Source of the DNA: the human T2T-CHM13v2.0 reference genome, Homo sapiens
NCBI RefSeq assembly: GCF_009914755.1
Contig: NC_060946.1
DNA length: 64,000 nucleotides
Strand: one strand, 5' to 3'
Shown: positions 14,425 to 27,971 of the stretch, one piece after another
How the letters are laid out: every line of letters starts with the position of its first letter
Numbering within the stretch: the first letter of the stretch is position 1
The notes under the pieces: model-generated
Databases searched by the model: none
Seen by the model: the letters and a program-made list of their open reading frames with translations, nothing else
Told to the model about the DNA's origin: nothing
Program-made: the position numbers and the translations under genes

Positions 14425-17175
14425 ACCTGTATGCCAGAAACGCTAGAAGCACCTGAGGACTCTGGCAGATAAGTAGCTGGGTTTATGGTTTGGCAGACTT
14501 TAAGTGTTATGTCTGGAGGGTCTAGCAATAAGGACTGATACTTTCATAAATGTTCTCCTGTTATCCACTGCTGCCCTTTAGCTTCTAGGACCACCTTCCC
14601 TTGGTGAGGGGTCAAAAACCTGTAGGTGCTGTTCTGATGTTAGTTTATTAGCTTTGCCTGCTAGAAAAGTGGTAGCAGCAATAGCTCTGAGACATCAAGG
14701 CCACCCTGAGGCCGCCTGGTCTATCTGCTTAGGAAATATAGCTACTGGCCTTGGAATGTCCCCCAGTTTTGGGACAAGATTACACAAGTCTTATGCCTTG
14801 CTTTTTGGTCACATGAAGAAAAAATGGTTCATCCAACTTGGGGACTCCCATGGCTGCAGCAGAGCCCAATTTCTCCTTGAGAGTATTGAAGGTTTGCTTG
14901 CCATTCTCATTACATTCTAGGAGCTCTAAATCTTTCCCTTTAGCGTATCATATAAAGGATGGGCTACATGCCCAAATCTCGGCACCCATAAGCATCAGTA
15001 CCTAGCCAACTCCTAAAAAAGCCCACAGTCATTTTTTGGACAGGGACCCTTGGGTGACTAAAATAACTGTTTTATCTTCTAGGTATGTTGATCAGTTCCA
15101 GAGGTTAAGACAGATTCCAAACATTTAAGTCTTTCAATCAAAATCTGAGTCCTGTGTGGTGATGCCCTATATCTGCAAGTTCCCAGGAAATTTACCAACT
15201 TAACATTATTATTATGAATCTTGTTTAGTTGGGCTAGCAATGAGCAAGTCACCTAAATACTGAATAATTGTGTCCCTTTCCAATTGTAGATTTGTTAAGT
15301 CCTCAACTAGAGCATTTTCAAATAAGTGGGGGCTATCCCAGAACCCTTCAGAGATGACTGTCCAGGTTAGTTTTGAGGCTGAATGCATATCTGGATCAGT
15401 CCATTAAAAGGCAAACATATTATGAATCTGGATGCATTGAGATCCAGAAAAGTGCATCTTTCAGATTTAAGAATGTAAACCAGCTTGCATCCCCTTGGAC
15501 TTGGTAAGTATGGGGGACAATGAGGTTTATGGAGACAACTGCATTTCTTAATGCTCTAAGTGTTCTGACAAATCTGTACTTGCCATTAGGCTTTTTATCT
15601 GGTAACATGCGAGTATTGTAAGGAGACTCTCATGGCCTTAATAACTCATATGGAAAGAATTTGGCAATGAGGGGTTGAATTTCCCCTCATGCTTCTTGCC
15701 TTAAAATGTATTGTCCCTTCTGAGGTCGAGGAGCACTAGGCTGAAGTTGGATTTGAATGGGGGAGGTGTTTAGTGCATTTCCCAGAGCCTGTGTGGCTCA
15801 AACCTCAAGATTTACTTGAGACAACACCTCAGGTGGTAATTGTGACAGCTCATTCTTAACTTCCATTTTCCCCTGAGGGGTCAGGAACAAAAGTAACAGT
15901 TTCTATGCTTTATGATCTGTGAAGGTGACCATGACTTGGTCTCCTGAGTCAACAAACCTCTCCCCAGTAAGAGGTCAGGCAATCAGACAGTACTAATAAG
16001 GCAGGCGAGAAACCTACAGGCTCTGGAGGACAACTTAGAAGATGCAAAAATGAGTGTTTTGGGGCTTGTCCATCATGAGAAGACAGGAGCCCATTGTATT
16101 GAATCAGGACAGAGTCATCTGCTCCCACACCTAATATGAAGTTAATACTCCCACCTGCTACTTCAAGAGTCACCTGAGGCTCCTCCATCTCTTGATAGCT
16201 AATAGGCCAATGGGAGTGGAGGTAGGAAGTAACAGGCCCTGCCACTTTTGAATCTGCTGGGCTCTGATGATGGTTCCCTTGGAAGCACAGGGCATTTCCT
16301 TCGGCAGTGGCTGACCTTCCCACAGAAGGCACATTGATTTATATCCAAGGCGCAGTGGCCCAGAGGCACAGACTGGGACTTTCACCTTCTCACTTCCTCT
16401 GTGAGGGCCAGGGGTTAAAGGGCTGTCTCTGAAGTGGTGGAGAGCACAAGGCTGCAGCTAGAAGCTGGGCCTCTTGGAAGATTTGCTTTATTTTATGTTT
16501 TCTCTGTCCAATTCCTGTGATGGAAAACTGCAAAATCCAAGTCTAAAATCTGATCCATGGCAGTCTGGAAGCCTAAGGCTGCTTTTGGCAGCTTCCTGCA
16601 GATATCAGAAGGAGACTGCACTATAAATTAAACTCCTAGCAATGCCTGTCCCTTTTTGGAGTCAGGGTCAGTGTTAGTGTATTTCCTCAATGTCTAAATT
16701 ATCCACCCTTGTAATAAGGCTAGGTTTTCATCTTGTCCCTGAGTAATTTTCCAGACTTTATAAAAATTAAAAAGCTTTATCACACTTTTTTTAAAATTCC
16801 TTCATGGAGTCAAACGATCATAATTTTTTCTCTATATATCCCACTTTCTTCCTAATTTATTTGTCTTTTCTAGATTCTAGTCCTCTTTTGGGTCCTAGTC
16901 AGGCACTGCTGTGCCTCCTACTTAAGAGGTGTCATGCCCCTGGTTGCAGGATGCCAATCTATTAGCATGTGCTCTAGCCACTCCCATAATGCACTGCTTT
17001 TCTACCATGCAGCAGGTAAACATAAATATATGCAAATCCTGCCTGGTCAGATCATACTTCAAGGTTAGTCTTTTAAATTTGTCTATGAATTTTTCTGGAA
17101 CCTCTGAAAACTCTTTTAGTTTTTCCTTGCATATGGCTAATTCGGGTATAGAAAAGTGTACATATACCTATATAG

Positions 17176-18136
17176 TGTGGGGAAAAGAAAGATAGATCAG
17201 ACTGTTACTGTGTCTGTGTAGAAAGAAGTCGACATAAGACACTCCATTCTGTTCTGTACTAAGAAAAATTCTTCTGCCTTGAGAGGCTGTTAATCTGTAA
17301 TCCTAGCCCCAACCCTGTGCTGACAGAAACCTGTGCTGTGTTGACTCAAGGTTTAATAGATTTAGGGATATGCAGGATGTGCTTTGTTAAACAAATGCCT
17401 GAAGGCAGCATGCTTGTTAAAAGTCATCACCACTCCCTACTCTCAAGTACCCAGGGACACAAAACACTGTGAAAGACCGCAGAGACCTCTGCCAAGGAAA
17501 GCCAGGTATTGTCCAAGGTTTCTCCCCATGTGATAGTCTGAAATATGGCCTCATGGGAAGGGAAGGACCTGACCATCCGCCAGCCTGACACTTGTAAACG
17601 GTCTGTGCTGAGGAGGATTAGTACAAGAGGAAGGTCTCTTTGCAGTTGAGATAAGACAAAGCCATCTGTCTCCTGCTCGTCCCTGGGCAATGGAATGTCT
17701 CAGTGCAAAACCCAATTGTATATTCATCTACTGAGATAGGGGAAAACTGCCTTAGGGCTGGAGGTGAGACATGCTGGAGGCAATACTGTTGTTTAAGGCA
17801 TTGAGATGTTTATGTATATGCACATCAAAAGCACAGCACTTTTTTCTTTACTTTGTTCATGATGCAGACATTTGTTCACATGTTTTCCTGCTGACCCTCT
17901 CTCCACTATTACCCTATTGTCCTGCCACATCCCCCTCTCCGAGAAATGCCCGATAATTATCAATAAATACTCAGGAACCTCAGAGACTGGTGCCGGCACG
18001 GGTTCTCCATATGCTGAGCGCTGGTCCCCTGGGCCCACTTTTTCTCTATACTTTGTCTCTGCCTCTCTTTTCACAAGTCTCTCGTTCCACCTGACGAGAA
18101 ACTCCCACAGGTGTGGAGAGACAGTCCACCCCTTCA
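17176..18136 (+). mobile_element. HERV-K(HML-2) solo LTR, LTR5A/LTR5B type, inserted antisense into ERV1 gag
   Basis: 961 bp, tgtggggaaaagaaagatagatcag...ccaccccttca, with 6-bp TSD ATATAG at 17170-17175 and 18137-18142. Confidence 0.93.
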
Positions 18137-19493
18137 ATATAGTGTCCCTATTATCATCTGTCACTTCCCAGAGAGGGTAAACATTCAAATTTGCCAGCTG
18201 ATAAGAGGCCCCACTGCATGTTGTTCTGGTGAAGCTCAGGTGTTTCAAGAGTGGGGTATGTACGTAAGACAGGACTCGAAGGGCAGGGAGAAGACGATGA
18301 CCGGACACTAGATAACCCTGGAAAACTAGAAGAAATTAATAACATGTTGCACACCTCACTAGAACTGGAAGGAGTCTGACTGTGTTCTTATGGGGTGCTT
18401 GGACTGGCAGGGGGAGTTCAGCCCCAGCTAAGAAAAGCCTAATATTAAGAGGCACTTGCTTTAAAAGGGTAATCAATTACATGCCATCCCTATTTTGTCT
18501 TTTCCTTCATCAAACATATAGAAGCCCATTTTAATTTTTTATCCTGACCAAGCATCAGAGATACCTGTATATAATGTATTTCCTCCCTCTTAGTTTCTCT
18601 TCTATAAAACAAATTAAGCTGCAAAATAGGAGTCAGATCAAACAGGGGAAATGGGAAGTCTGTAACTTGTATATTGTAATGTATTAGTCCATTTTCACAC
18701 TGCTATGACAAAACTGACAAAACTCTCTCAGGAAAAAAGTGACATGCTGGGTTTAGAACGTAGGGTGCAGCTGCCCTATACCAGCTCATCAAAGATGGCG
18801 TTATGGCTAAGAAATGAGAGAAAACCGTTAAGAAAAAGTCTCATGTTCTTCATCTTGAGGGCAATTGTTTGCAGAAGGTTGTCATAAAAGAGGCTGTCAC
18901 TAAACAGGCATATCTGATCTTATCATGTAGAGCTCTTAAATACCACATTTCAACTTCTAGTCATAATGATGGCGAGGTTACTGCTTATCTTTTCGAATAA
19001 TTAAGGTACAAAAACACTAGGTTCCAAGACAATTTTTTTTTCAGTGTCACTTGGACCAGTGGCAAATTAAACAAGCAGTCAGTTAAGAGTCAGAGGATCC
19101 CTGAGGAAAGTAAAAGCTAAACTGTTTGGGGCGTCTGTCCTGGGGCAGCCTCCAGGCTACTACAAAACAGAGGCGGAGCAGAAGGGTGACAAGATGTAGA
19201 GCACTCAGGTGAGGGACAGAGAGCACAAGCTGGAAAGTCCAAAAAGAGAAAGTGGCAAACATCTTGTTTAGCCAAATCCATTCTTCCCAGTATTCCCCAG
19301 GGCCTCTAACCTTGTGGGCTTGGCCTCTAATCTGAGTATGATAATAGTGGATAATCATTCTTGCCCACCAGAATGGCTTCACGACTCTAAAAGAGAGCCC
19401 ACTTGCCAGGTGTTGGCTGATTGATTCTGTGTGGATTGTTTTCCTTGGAGTGGGTGTCTTGTCTTGGTGTCCGTTCATGGTGTTGCTGAAAGA

Positions 19494-20074
19494 TGTTGCC
19501 GGAAAAGAGGGTCCTGATACAGACCACAAAGTAGGATTCTTAGATCTTCTGCAGGAAAAGATTTGAGGTGAGTCAGAGAGCACAGTGAAAGAAGCAAGTT
19601 TATTAGAAATTACTCCATTACAGAGTTGGACATCCTCAGAAAACAAGAGCAGAAATTTATTGTCTTTTGTTAGTGTCTCTACTTATAAGTAACTATAAAG
19701 AGAAAGAGCTTTAATTAAACTTGGAAGGTGCAGATGTAGTCACTAACGTCGGGGCTACTGGTTTTAACAATAACCATTAGCCCATTGACCTAAGCTAGCT
19801 CATTAATAATATCCTTACAAAAAAATGCTGCACTCTTAGGACATTTATACATTTTTCAGGCTTGGTGGAAGATGTCTTGTATGACCACAAATATTCTGCA
19901 ATTGTAATTTGTGGCCAGTGAAAAAATGTGACTATTTTCAGACCATGAACATTAACCTTCTAGATGCCTTGTGAGTACCTAGCTACTCATATTAAGATAT
20001 AATATTCTAGTCATGTTTATTAAACTAGAAGCTAAGTAATCATGAGTTCCTCTAATACAGCAAGTCTACTCCTC
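19494..20074 (-). mobile_element. ERV1 5' LTR (LTR8/LTR35-like; subfamily uncertain)
   Basis: TG..CA termini. The U5 end tgttgccggaaaagagggtcctgat..gcaagtttatt gives AATAAA on the minus strand and lies next to the PBS-like sequence. Confidence 0.7.
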
Positions 20075-20279
20075 AAGGAGAAAATGTATTTCTCAGGAAT
20101 TTGGTGCATTTTGTTTGATGGCATTTAGTACGTTTACCAAAATGGCAGAAAAGAGTGAAATTAGTACTCAAAGATTTCTCAAGATTGGATATAAAGTAAA
20201 CAAAATGATTATATTAATATACAAGTTGGTACAGTTGATATTGAAAAGAAATTTTGTTTGAAACACAATGAGATTTTTA

Positions 20280-20600
20280 TTTTTACTTATTATTATTATT
20301 ATTGTTATTATTATTATTTTGAGACAGAGTCTTGCTCTGTTGTCCAGGCTGGAGTGCAGTGCACCCTCTTGGCTCACTGAAACCTGCGCCTCCCGGGTTC
20401 AAGCAATTCTCCTTCCTCAGCCTTCCAAGTAGCTGGGATTACAGGCATGAATCACCACACCTAGCTAATATTTGTATCTTTAGTAGAGATGGGGTTTCAC
20501 TCTGTTGGCCAGGCTGGTCTCAAACCCCTGACAACAGCGATCTGCCCACCTTGGCCTCCCAAATTGCTGGGATTACAGGCATGAGCCACCCCTCCCAGCC
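20280..20600 (-). mobile_element. AluS with (TAA)n tail
   Basis: Antisense Alu with TSD ACAATGAG(A/G)TTTT at 20265 and 20601. Confidence 0.92.
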
Positions 20601-20923
20601 ACAATGAGGTTTTTAAATAATTCTGATTTCCTGCTCTTGAGCAGGGAGCTGAGCAAATTCAACAGACCATGGACCTAAACTAGGGGAAGACTGAGGACAA
20701 ACTCTAGAACACATGTGATTAAATTAATTACAATGGAAATCAAATCAAATTTAATAAGGCTGTACTTCTTAGTTTCAAGATGTTTCCCCTCATTTTGAAA
20801 TGTGATGTTATTCCATGGAAAAGAAAACTAGTGTTTATCTCCAGAGTAAAGAACAGGGTTCCCTGCAGGGATTGATTGACTGAGAACTATGGCTCAGGAT
20901 TAAAAATCCTTCTTTTTTCCATT

Positions 20924-21060
20924 TATAAACTAAAAATAAATTTCTAAACCCCTGTTGACTAAATGGACCTCTCTTCTTGGATAGAGATATTCCAAAGTTA
21001 ACCTGAAAAGCTAGTTCAAGCCATGGGTCACACATGCCTCATTATACTCTCCTCCCTTTG
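20924..21060 (+). mobile_element. MER39-like ERV1 LTR 5' fragment
   Basis: taaactaaaaataaatttctaa..attccaaagttaacctgaaaa..ctagttcaagccatg..acatgcctcattata. Confidence 0.65.
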
Positions 21061-22105
21061 GTTTTAATTTTAATTTCAATTTCAATTTTTAATTTATTTT
21101 TGTGGGGATATAGTTGGTGTACATATTTATGGGGGTACGTGACATACTTTAATGCAGTCATGCAATGAGTAATACATAATAAAAAATGGGGTATCTGTCC
21201 CCTCAAGCATTTATACCTTGTGTTATAAACAATCCAATTATACTCTTTTAGTTTTTTAAAATGTGGAATTAAATTATTTTTGACTATAATCACCCTGTTG
21301 TGCTATCAAATGCTGTCTTATTCATTTTTCTAATAATTGTTTTTTTACCCATTTAGCATCCCCACTATCCCCTTGTTCCCTCCCTGCCCTTCCCAGTCTC
21401 TGGTAACCAACCTTATACTCTCTATCCCTATGACACCAATTGTTTTGAATTTTAGCACCCACAAATAAGTGAGAACATGTGACATTTGTCTTTCTGTGCC
21501 TCACATTTCACTTAACATAAAGACTTTCAGTTCCATTTATGTTATTGCAAATGGCAGGCTCTCATTCTTTCTTACAGCTGAATAGTACTCCATTGTGTAT
21601 ATGTACCACATTTTCTCTATTCAGTCATCTGTTGATGGACATTTAGGTTCCTTCCAAATCTTGGCTATTATAAACCCTGCTGTAGCAAACATAAGAGTGC
21701 CAATAGGTCTTTGATTTACCAATTTTATTTCTTGTAGGCATATACTGAGCAGTGGGATTGTTGGACCATATAGTAGCTCTATTTTTAGTTATATCAGTAA
21801 CATCTAAACTGTCCTTAAATGTGATCCCTACAGCAGTGTACAAGGGTTTCGTTCACTCCATATACTCACCAGCATTTGTTTTTCACTGACTTCTGGATAA
21901 AAGCCACCTTAACTGGGGTGAAATGATATCTCATTTTGGGTTTGATCTGCATTCTATGATGATCAGTAGTGTGGAGCATCTTTTCATTTGTCTGTTTCAC
22001 ATTTGTATGTCTTCTTTTCATAAATGTCTATTTAAATTTTTTGTTCACTCTTTATTTGGGTTATTACTTTTTTCTATAGAATTTTTTGAACTCAATATTT
22101 TGTAG

Positions 22106-22776
22106 TGTATTAGTCTGTTTCTGCGCTGCTATAAAAAAATACCTGAGACTGTGTTATCTATTTATTTACTGAGATGAAGTCTTGATCTGTTGTCCAGGCT
22201 GAAGTACAGTGGTGCAATCTCGGCTCACTGCAACCTCCACCTCCTGATTCAAGCAATTCTCTGCCTCAGCCTCCTGAGTAGCTGGGATTACAGGCACCTG
22301 ACGCCATGCCTGGCTAATTTTTGTATTTTCAGTGGAGACGGGGTTTCACCATCTTGGCCAGGCTGGTCTTGAAATCCTGACCGCGTGACCCCACCCGCCT
22401 CAGCCTCCCAAAGTGGTGAGATTACAGGCATGAGCCACGACACCTGGCAAGACTGGGTAATTTATAAAGGAAATGGGTTTAATTGACTCACAGTGCCACA
22501 TGGACTAGGAGACCTCAGGAAACTTACAATAATGGCAGACGGGGAAGCAGGCACCTCTTACATGACAGCAGGTGAGAGAGCATGTATGTGAAGCAAAGGG
22601 GGAAGAGTCCCTTATAAAACCATCAGATCTCATGAGAAATCACTCATCATCAGAAGAACAGCATGGAGGAAACCACCCCCATGATCCAATCACCTTCTAC
22701 CAAGTCTCTCCCTCAACATCTGGGGATTACAATTCAATATGAGATTTGGGTGGGTACACAAATCCTAACCATATCA
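22106..22776 (-). mobile_element. MSTA/THE1D solo LTR
   Basis: Runs tgtattagtctg...aaccatatca, with 5-bp TSD TGTAG at 22101-22105 and 22777-22781. Confidence 0.9.
22156..22448 (-). mobile_element. AluS (Sg-like) inside MSTA LTR
   Basis: Antisense Alu body with degenerate TSD agactg(t/g)gt(t/a)at. Confidence 0.9.
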
Positions 22777-23200
22777 TGTAGCTATTAATTGCTTTTCAGA
22801 TGGATAATTTACAAATATTTTCTCCCATTCTGTGGATTTTCACTTCACTTTGTTTCTTGTTTCCTACACTTTAAAAAGGCTTTCTGACTTTCTGTAATCC
22901 CATTTGTCCATGTTTGTTTTGGTTGTCTGTGCTTCTGGGGCACTATTTAAGGAATTTTTGCCCAAACCAATGCCCTAAAGAGTTTCCCCATTGTTTTCTT
23001 GTAAAAGTTTGATGGTTTGAGGTATTAGGTTTAAGTCTTTAATTCATTTTAATTTGATTTTTGTAAGTGGCAAGGAATAGGGTTCTAGTTTTATTCTTCT
23101 GCCTATGGCTTGCCAGTTTTCCCAGCCCTATTTATTACAAAAGCTGTCTCATTTTTTATTGTATGTTCTTGGCACTTTTGTTGAAAATTAATTTAGCTGT

Positions 23201-23449
23201 CCCTCCCATAGGATTCCAGAACACTGCTATGAGGGTCTGAATGTTTGTCCCTCGCATAGGATTCCAGAACATTGCTGCTGGGTTCTAAACGTTTATCACA
23301 GAGGATCCCAGAACACTGCTACCAGGGTCTGAATGTTTGTTCCTCACAGGGGATTCCAGAACAGTCCTGCTGTTGTCTGAATGTTTGTCCCTCACATAGG
23401 ATTCCAGAACACTGCTATGAGGGTCTGAATGTTTGTCCCTCACACAGAG
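23201..23449. repeat. CER (D22Z3-type) 48-bp satellite patch, ~5 units
   Basis: Unit ataggattccagaacactgctatgagggtctgaatgtttgtccctcac. Flanked by 90-bp direct repeats of the host L1. Confidence 0.88.
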
Positions 23450-23766
23450 TGCCAGTTTTACCAGCCCTATTTATTACAAAAACTGTCTTACTTTTTATTG
23501 TATATTCTTGGCACTTTTGTTGAAAATTAATTTAGCTGTATGAGTTTGTTTCTAAGGTGTCTATTTCATTCCATCTGTCTTTATGTCTGTTTTTAGGCTA
23601 ATTCCATGCTGTTTTAATTACTATAACTTAGTAGTATAATTTAAAACCAGGTAATGGAATTCCTCCAGTTTTGTTTTATATACTCAGCCTAGCTTTGATT
23701 ATTATGGTGTTTTGTGATGTTTCCATATAAATTTCAGAATTTTTTTCTATATCTGTGAGGAATGTA

Positions 23767-24070
23767 TTCTTCTTCTTCTTTTTTTTTTTTAGATGGTGTC
23801 TTGCTCTTTCACCTAGACTGGAGTGCAGTGATGCGACCTCGGCACACTGCAACCTCCACCTCCTGGGTTCAAGCAATTCTTTGCCTCAGCCTCCTGAATA
23901 GCTGGGATTACAGGCACCCGCCACCATACCTGGTTAATTTTTTTGTATTTTTAGTAGAGGTGGGGTTTCATCAAGTTGCCCAGGCTGGTCTTGAACTCCT
24001 GACCTCGTGATCCACCAACTTCGGCCTCCCAAAGTGCTGTGATTACAGGCATGAGCCACTGGCCCTGGCC
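23767..24070 (-). mobile_element. AluS (Sg/Sc-like)
   Basis: Antisense Alu with gacctcgtgatccacc. Confidence 0.92.
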
Positions 24071-24422
24071 TGTTATTTTGATAGAGATGGCATGAAATGT
24101 ATACATTGCTATGGATTGTATGGACATTATTTAAAAAATACTGATTCTTCCAATCTGTGAACATAAAAATATCTTTCCAATTTTTGGGTCTTTTTTCATT
24201 TGTTTTATCAGTGTTTTACTGTTTTAGTGTTGAGAACTTTTATTTCTTTGGTAAATTCCCACACATTTTGTTTTATTTGTGGCTACTGCAAATAGTATTA
24301 CATTTTTTAATTCTTTTTCAGTTTGTTGACTGTTGGCATATAGAAACCCTACTGATTTGTATGTGTTGATTTTGTATTCTGCAAATTTACTCAAGTTATT
24401 ACCTCTAATAGTTTTTGGTGGA

Positions 24423-27225
24423 TGTATTAGGCCATTCTCATATTGCTATGAAAAGTAATCAGTGACTGGTTAATTTATAAAGAAAATAGGTTTAATTTGT
24501 TCATGGTTCTACAGGCTGTACAGAAACCATAGCACTGGCTTCTGCTTCTGGGGAAGCCTCTGACAACTGACAAGGTGAAAAATAAATCCAGTGCTTGCAC
24601 ATCACATGATAAGTGCGAGGGTAGGGGGGAAGGGCTACACACACTTGTAGATAAACAGCTCTGATAAAACTTACTATTGCCAGGTGCAGTGGCTCATGCC
24701 TGTAATCCCAGCACTTTGGGAGGCAAAATAGGGCAGATCATGAGGTCAGGAGTTTGAGACCAGCCTGACCAACATGATGAAACGCCATCTCAACTAATAA
24801 TACAAACATTAGCTGGGTGTGGTGGCACATGCCTGTAATCCCAGCTACTTGGGAGGCTGAGTCAGGAGAATCACTTGAACCTGGCAGGCGTGGAGGTTCA
24901 GTGAGCTGAGATTGCACCACTGCACTCCAGCCTGGGTGACAGAGTGAGACTCTGTCTCAAAAAAAAATAAATAAAATAAATAAAAGAAAAACATAGGCCA
25001 AATGAATTTAAAAAAATAAGAAGAAAAAAAACTTGCTATTGTGGGAATGGCACCAAAGGAAATGATGCCAAACTGTTCATGGAAATCTTGCCCTCATGAT
25101 TCAATCACCTCCCCTCTAGGCCCACTTCCAACATTGAGGATTATATTTCAATATAAGATTTTGGTGGGAATACACATCCAAACTGTATCATTTTGCCCCT
25201 GGCCATTCCAAACCTCATATCCTTCTCATATTTCAAAATACAATCATGACTTCCAAATAATCCCCAAAATCTTAACTAATTTCAGTCTTAACTCAAAAGT
25301 CAAAAGTCTCATCTAAGACAAAGCTAATTTCTTCCTCGTATAAGCCTGTAAAATAAAAAAACAAGTTAGATTCTTCCAAGATACAAATGAGGCAGAGGCA
25401 TTGGGTAAATACTCTTATTCTAAAAGGAAGAAATCAGCCAAAAGAAAGGGGCCACAGGACGCATGAAAGTCTGAAACCCAGAAGGGCAGTTATTGAATTG
25501 TAAGGCTCAAAAATAATTATTTTTGACTCTCTGTTCCATTTCCAGGGCACGCTGATGCCTTGGGAAGGTTCTACCTTGTGACTTTGCATAGTTCAGCCCC
25601 CACAGCTGCTCTCAAGGGCTGGCATTCTGTGCCTCTGGCTTTTCAAGATGAAGATGCAGGCTGCAGCTAAATCTACCATTCTGGGGTCTGGAGGACAGTG
25701 ATCTTCTCCTCACAGATCTACTAGGCCATGACCCAGTGGGGAACCTGCCTGGGGACTGTCACCCCACATTTCTTTTCTCCATTGTTTTAGTAGAGGTTCT
25801 CCATGAGGGCTCCACAACTGCAGCATGCTTCTGCCTGCACACCCTGGCTTTTTCATAAATCATTTGAAGTACGATGGAGGCTCCCAAGTCTCAACTACTT
25901 ACATTTGGTAAACCCACAGGCCTAACATCACATGAAAGCTGCCAAGGTTATGGCTTGCACCCTCTGAAGCAGTGACTGGAGTTGTAACTAGGCCAATTTG
26001 AGCTACACCTGGAGCTGAAGCAGTGGCCAGGATGCAGGGAGCCTTGTTCCAAAGCTACCCAAGGCAGCAGGTCCTGGGCCTGATCCCAGAAACTACTCTC
26101 TTCTTTTAGGCCTCAGGGCCTGTGATGGGGGGCTGCCTTTTAGATTTCTAAAATGCCTTCAATTCCTCTTTCCCATTGTCTTGGCTATCAACACTTGTTT
26201 TTTTTAGGTTATACAAATATCTTTAACAAGTGGTTGACCCATATCCTGCTTGAGTTCCTCTCTTATAAAAGCTTTTTATATTTCAACCACATGACTAGGC
26301 TGCAAAGTTTTCAAGCTTTTACACTATGCTTCTTTTGTAAGTATAAGTTACTACTTATTTTATTTTTATTTTTTGCTAGAACATGTGAGCATAGGTTGTT
26401 AGAAGCAGCCAGGCCACATCACAAATGCTTTGCTGCTTAGACATTTTTCCAACAGAAACCCTAAATCATCAATTTCAAATTCAAACTTTTATATATCCCT
26501 AGGGCATGACAGAAATTCAGCCAACCACTTTGCTAAGACAACATGCATGTCCTTTGTTTCAGTCCCAATAAGTTTCTAGTTTTCATCTGAGACCTCCTCA
26601 GCCTGGCCATCACTGTCCAGATCACTATCAGCATTTTGGTAACAGACATTCAACCAGTCCCTAAGAAAATATCAACTTTCCCTCACTTTTCTGTCTTCAG
26701 AATCCTACAAATTCTTCCAACTTCTGCCTGTTTACCCAATTACAAAGCTGATTCCACATTTTGGGGTATTCTTATAACCATTTTCCATTCCTTGGTGCCA
26801 ATTTTCTGTATTAAGCTATTTTTGCATCACTATGAGAGTGAGACTGGATAATTTATCTTTTACAAAGTAGGTTTAAGTGGCTTATGATTCTATAGGCTGT
26901 AGGGAAGACATAGTACTGGAATATGCTTCTGGGGAGGTCTCTGGAAGTTTACAGTCATGGCAGAAGTTGAAACAGAATCTTGCACATTACAGGGCAAAAA
27001 GCAGGAGCAAAAAACAGAGGAGCGAGTTGTTACACACTTTTAAATAACCAGATCTTATGGGAACTCACTCACTATCATGAGGATAGCACCAAATGGGATG
27101 GTGCTAAGCCATTTATGAGTAATCCACCCCAATGGTTAAATCACCTTTCACCAGGCCCATCTCCAACATTGAGAATTATATTTAAATTTGAGATCTGGGA
27201 GGGGACACACATTCAAACCCTATCA
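24423..27225 (-). mobile_element. Complete MSTA/MSTB MaLR element (LTR 24423-25190, internal 25191-26806, LTR 26807-27225)
   Basis: Two homologous LTRs (tgtatta...tatca) flank ~1.6 kb of MST internal sequence. TSD GTGGA/GAGGA. Confidence 0.88.
24679..25027 (+). mobile_element. AluS (Sg-like) with bipartite tail, inside MST LTR
   Basis: TSD AAAACTT(A/G)CTATT at 24666-24678 and 25028-25040. Confidence 0.92.
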
Positions 27226-27601
27226 GAGGAGTCTTTATGCTTTTTCCAATATAACATTATAACATTGGCCAAAAAAAAAAGGTAATTTGACTTCTTTTCC
27301 AATTGGGATGCGTTTTATTGCTTTCTCCTGTCCGATTGCTCCAGATAGGACTTTCAGCATTATGTTGAATAACAGTGGTAAAAGTGGACATTCTTCTCAT
27401 CTTCCAGATTTTAGAGGAAAGGGTTTTAGTATTTCCCCACTTAGTGTGATACTAGCTGTGGGTCTGTCATATATGACTTTTATTATGTTGAGGTATGTTC
27501 ATTCCATACCCAGTTTTCAAAGAGTTTTTTATTATTAAAGAATATTAAATTTTATCAAAAATTTTTAGCATATTTGAAATAATTATATGGATTTTGTCCT
27601 T

Positions 27602-27971
<370 letters not shown>

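Larger units (their letters stand above)
12190..19493 (-). mobile_element. Class I (gamma-like, ERV1) provirus internal region: leader-gag-pro-pol, defective, no env or 3' LTR
   Basis: RT reads LPDKKPNGKYRFV..WFTFLNLKDALF (15420-15608) and RNase H reads GNSLVDAAAK. The integrase HHCC, core and C-terminal (KGP..PT..GIHRW) remnants run down to ~12200. Gag CA-like sequence lies at 16500-18300. A degenerate Arg-type PBS sits at ~19469-19490. Confidence 0.85.

Noticed and set aside
23201-23449. CRISPR-like regularly spaced repeats
   Set aside because: The units are contiguous 48-bp tandem copies with no unique spacers, and the context is primate. This is CER satellite.
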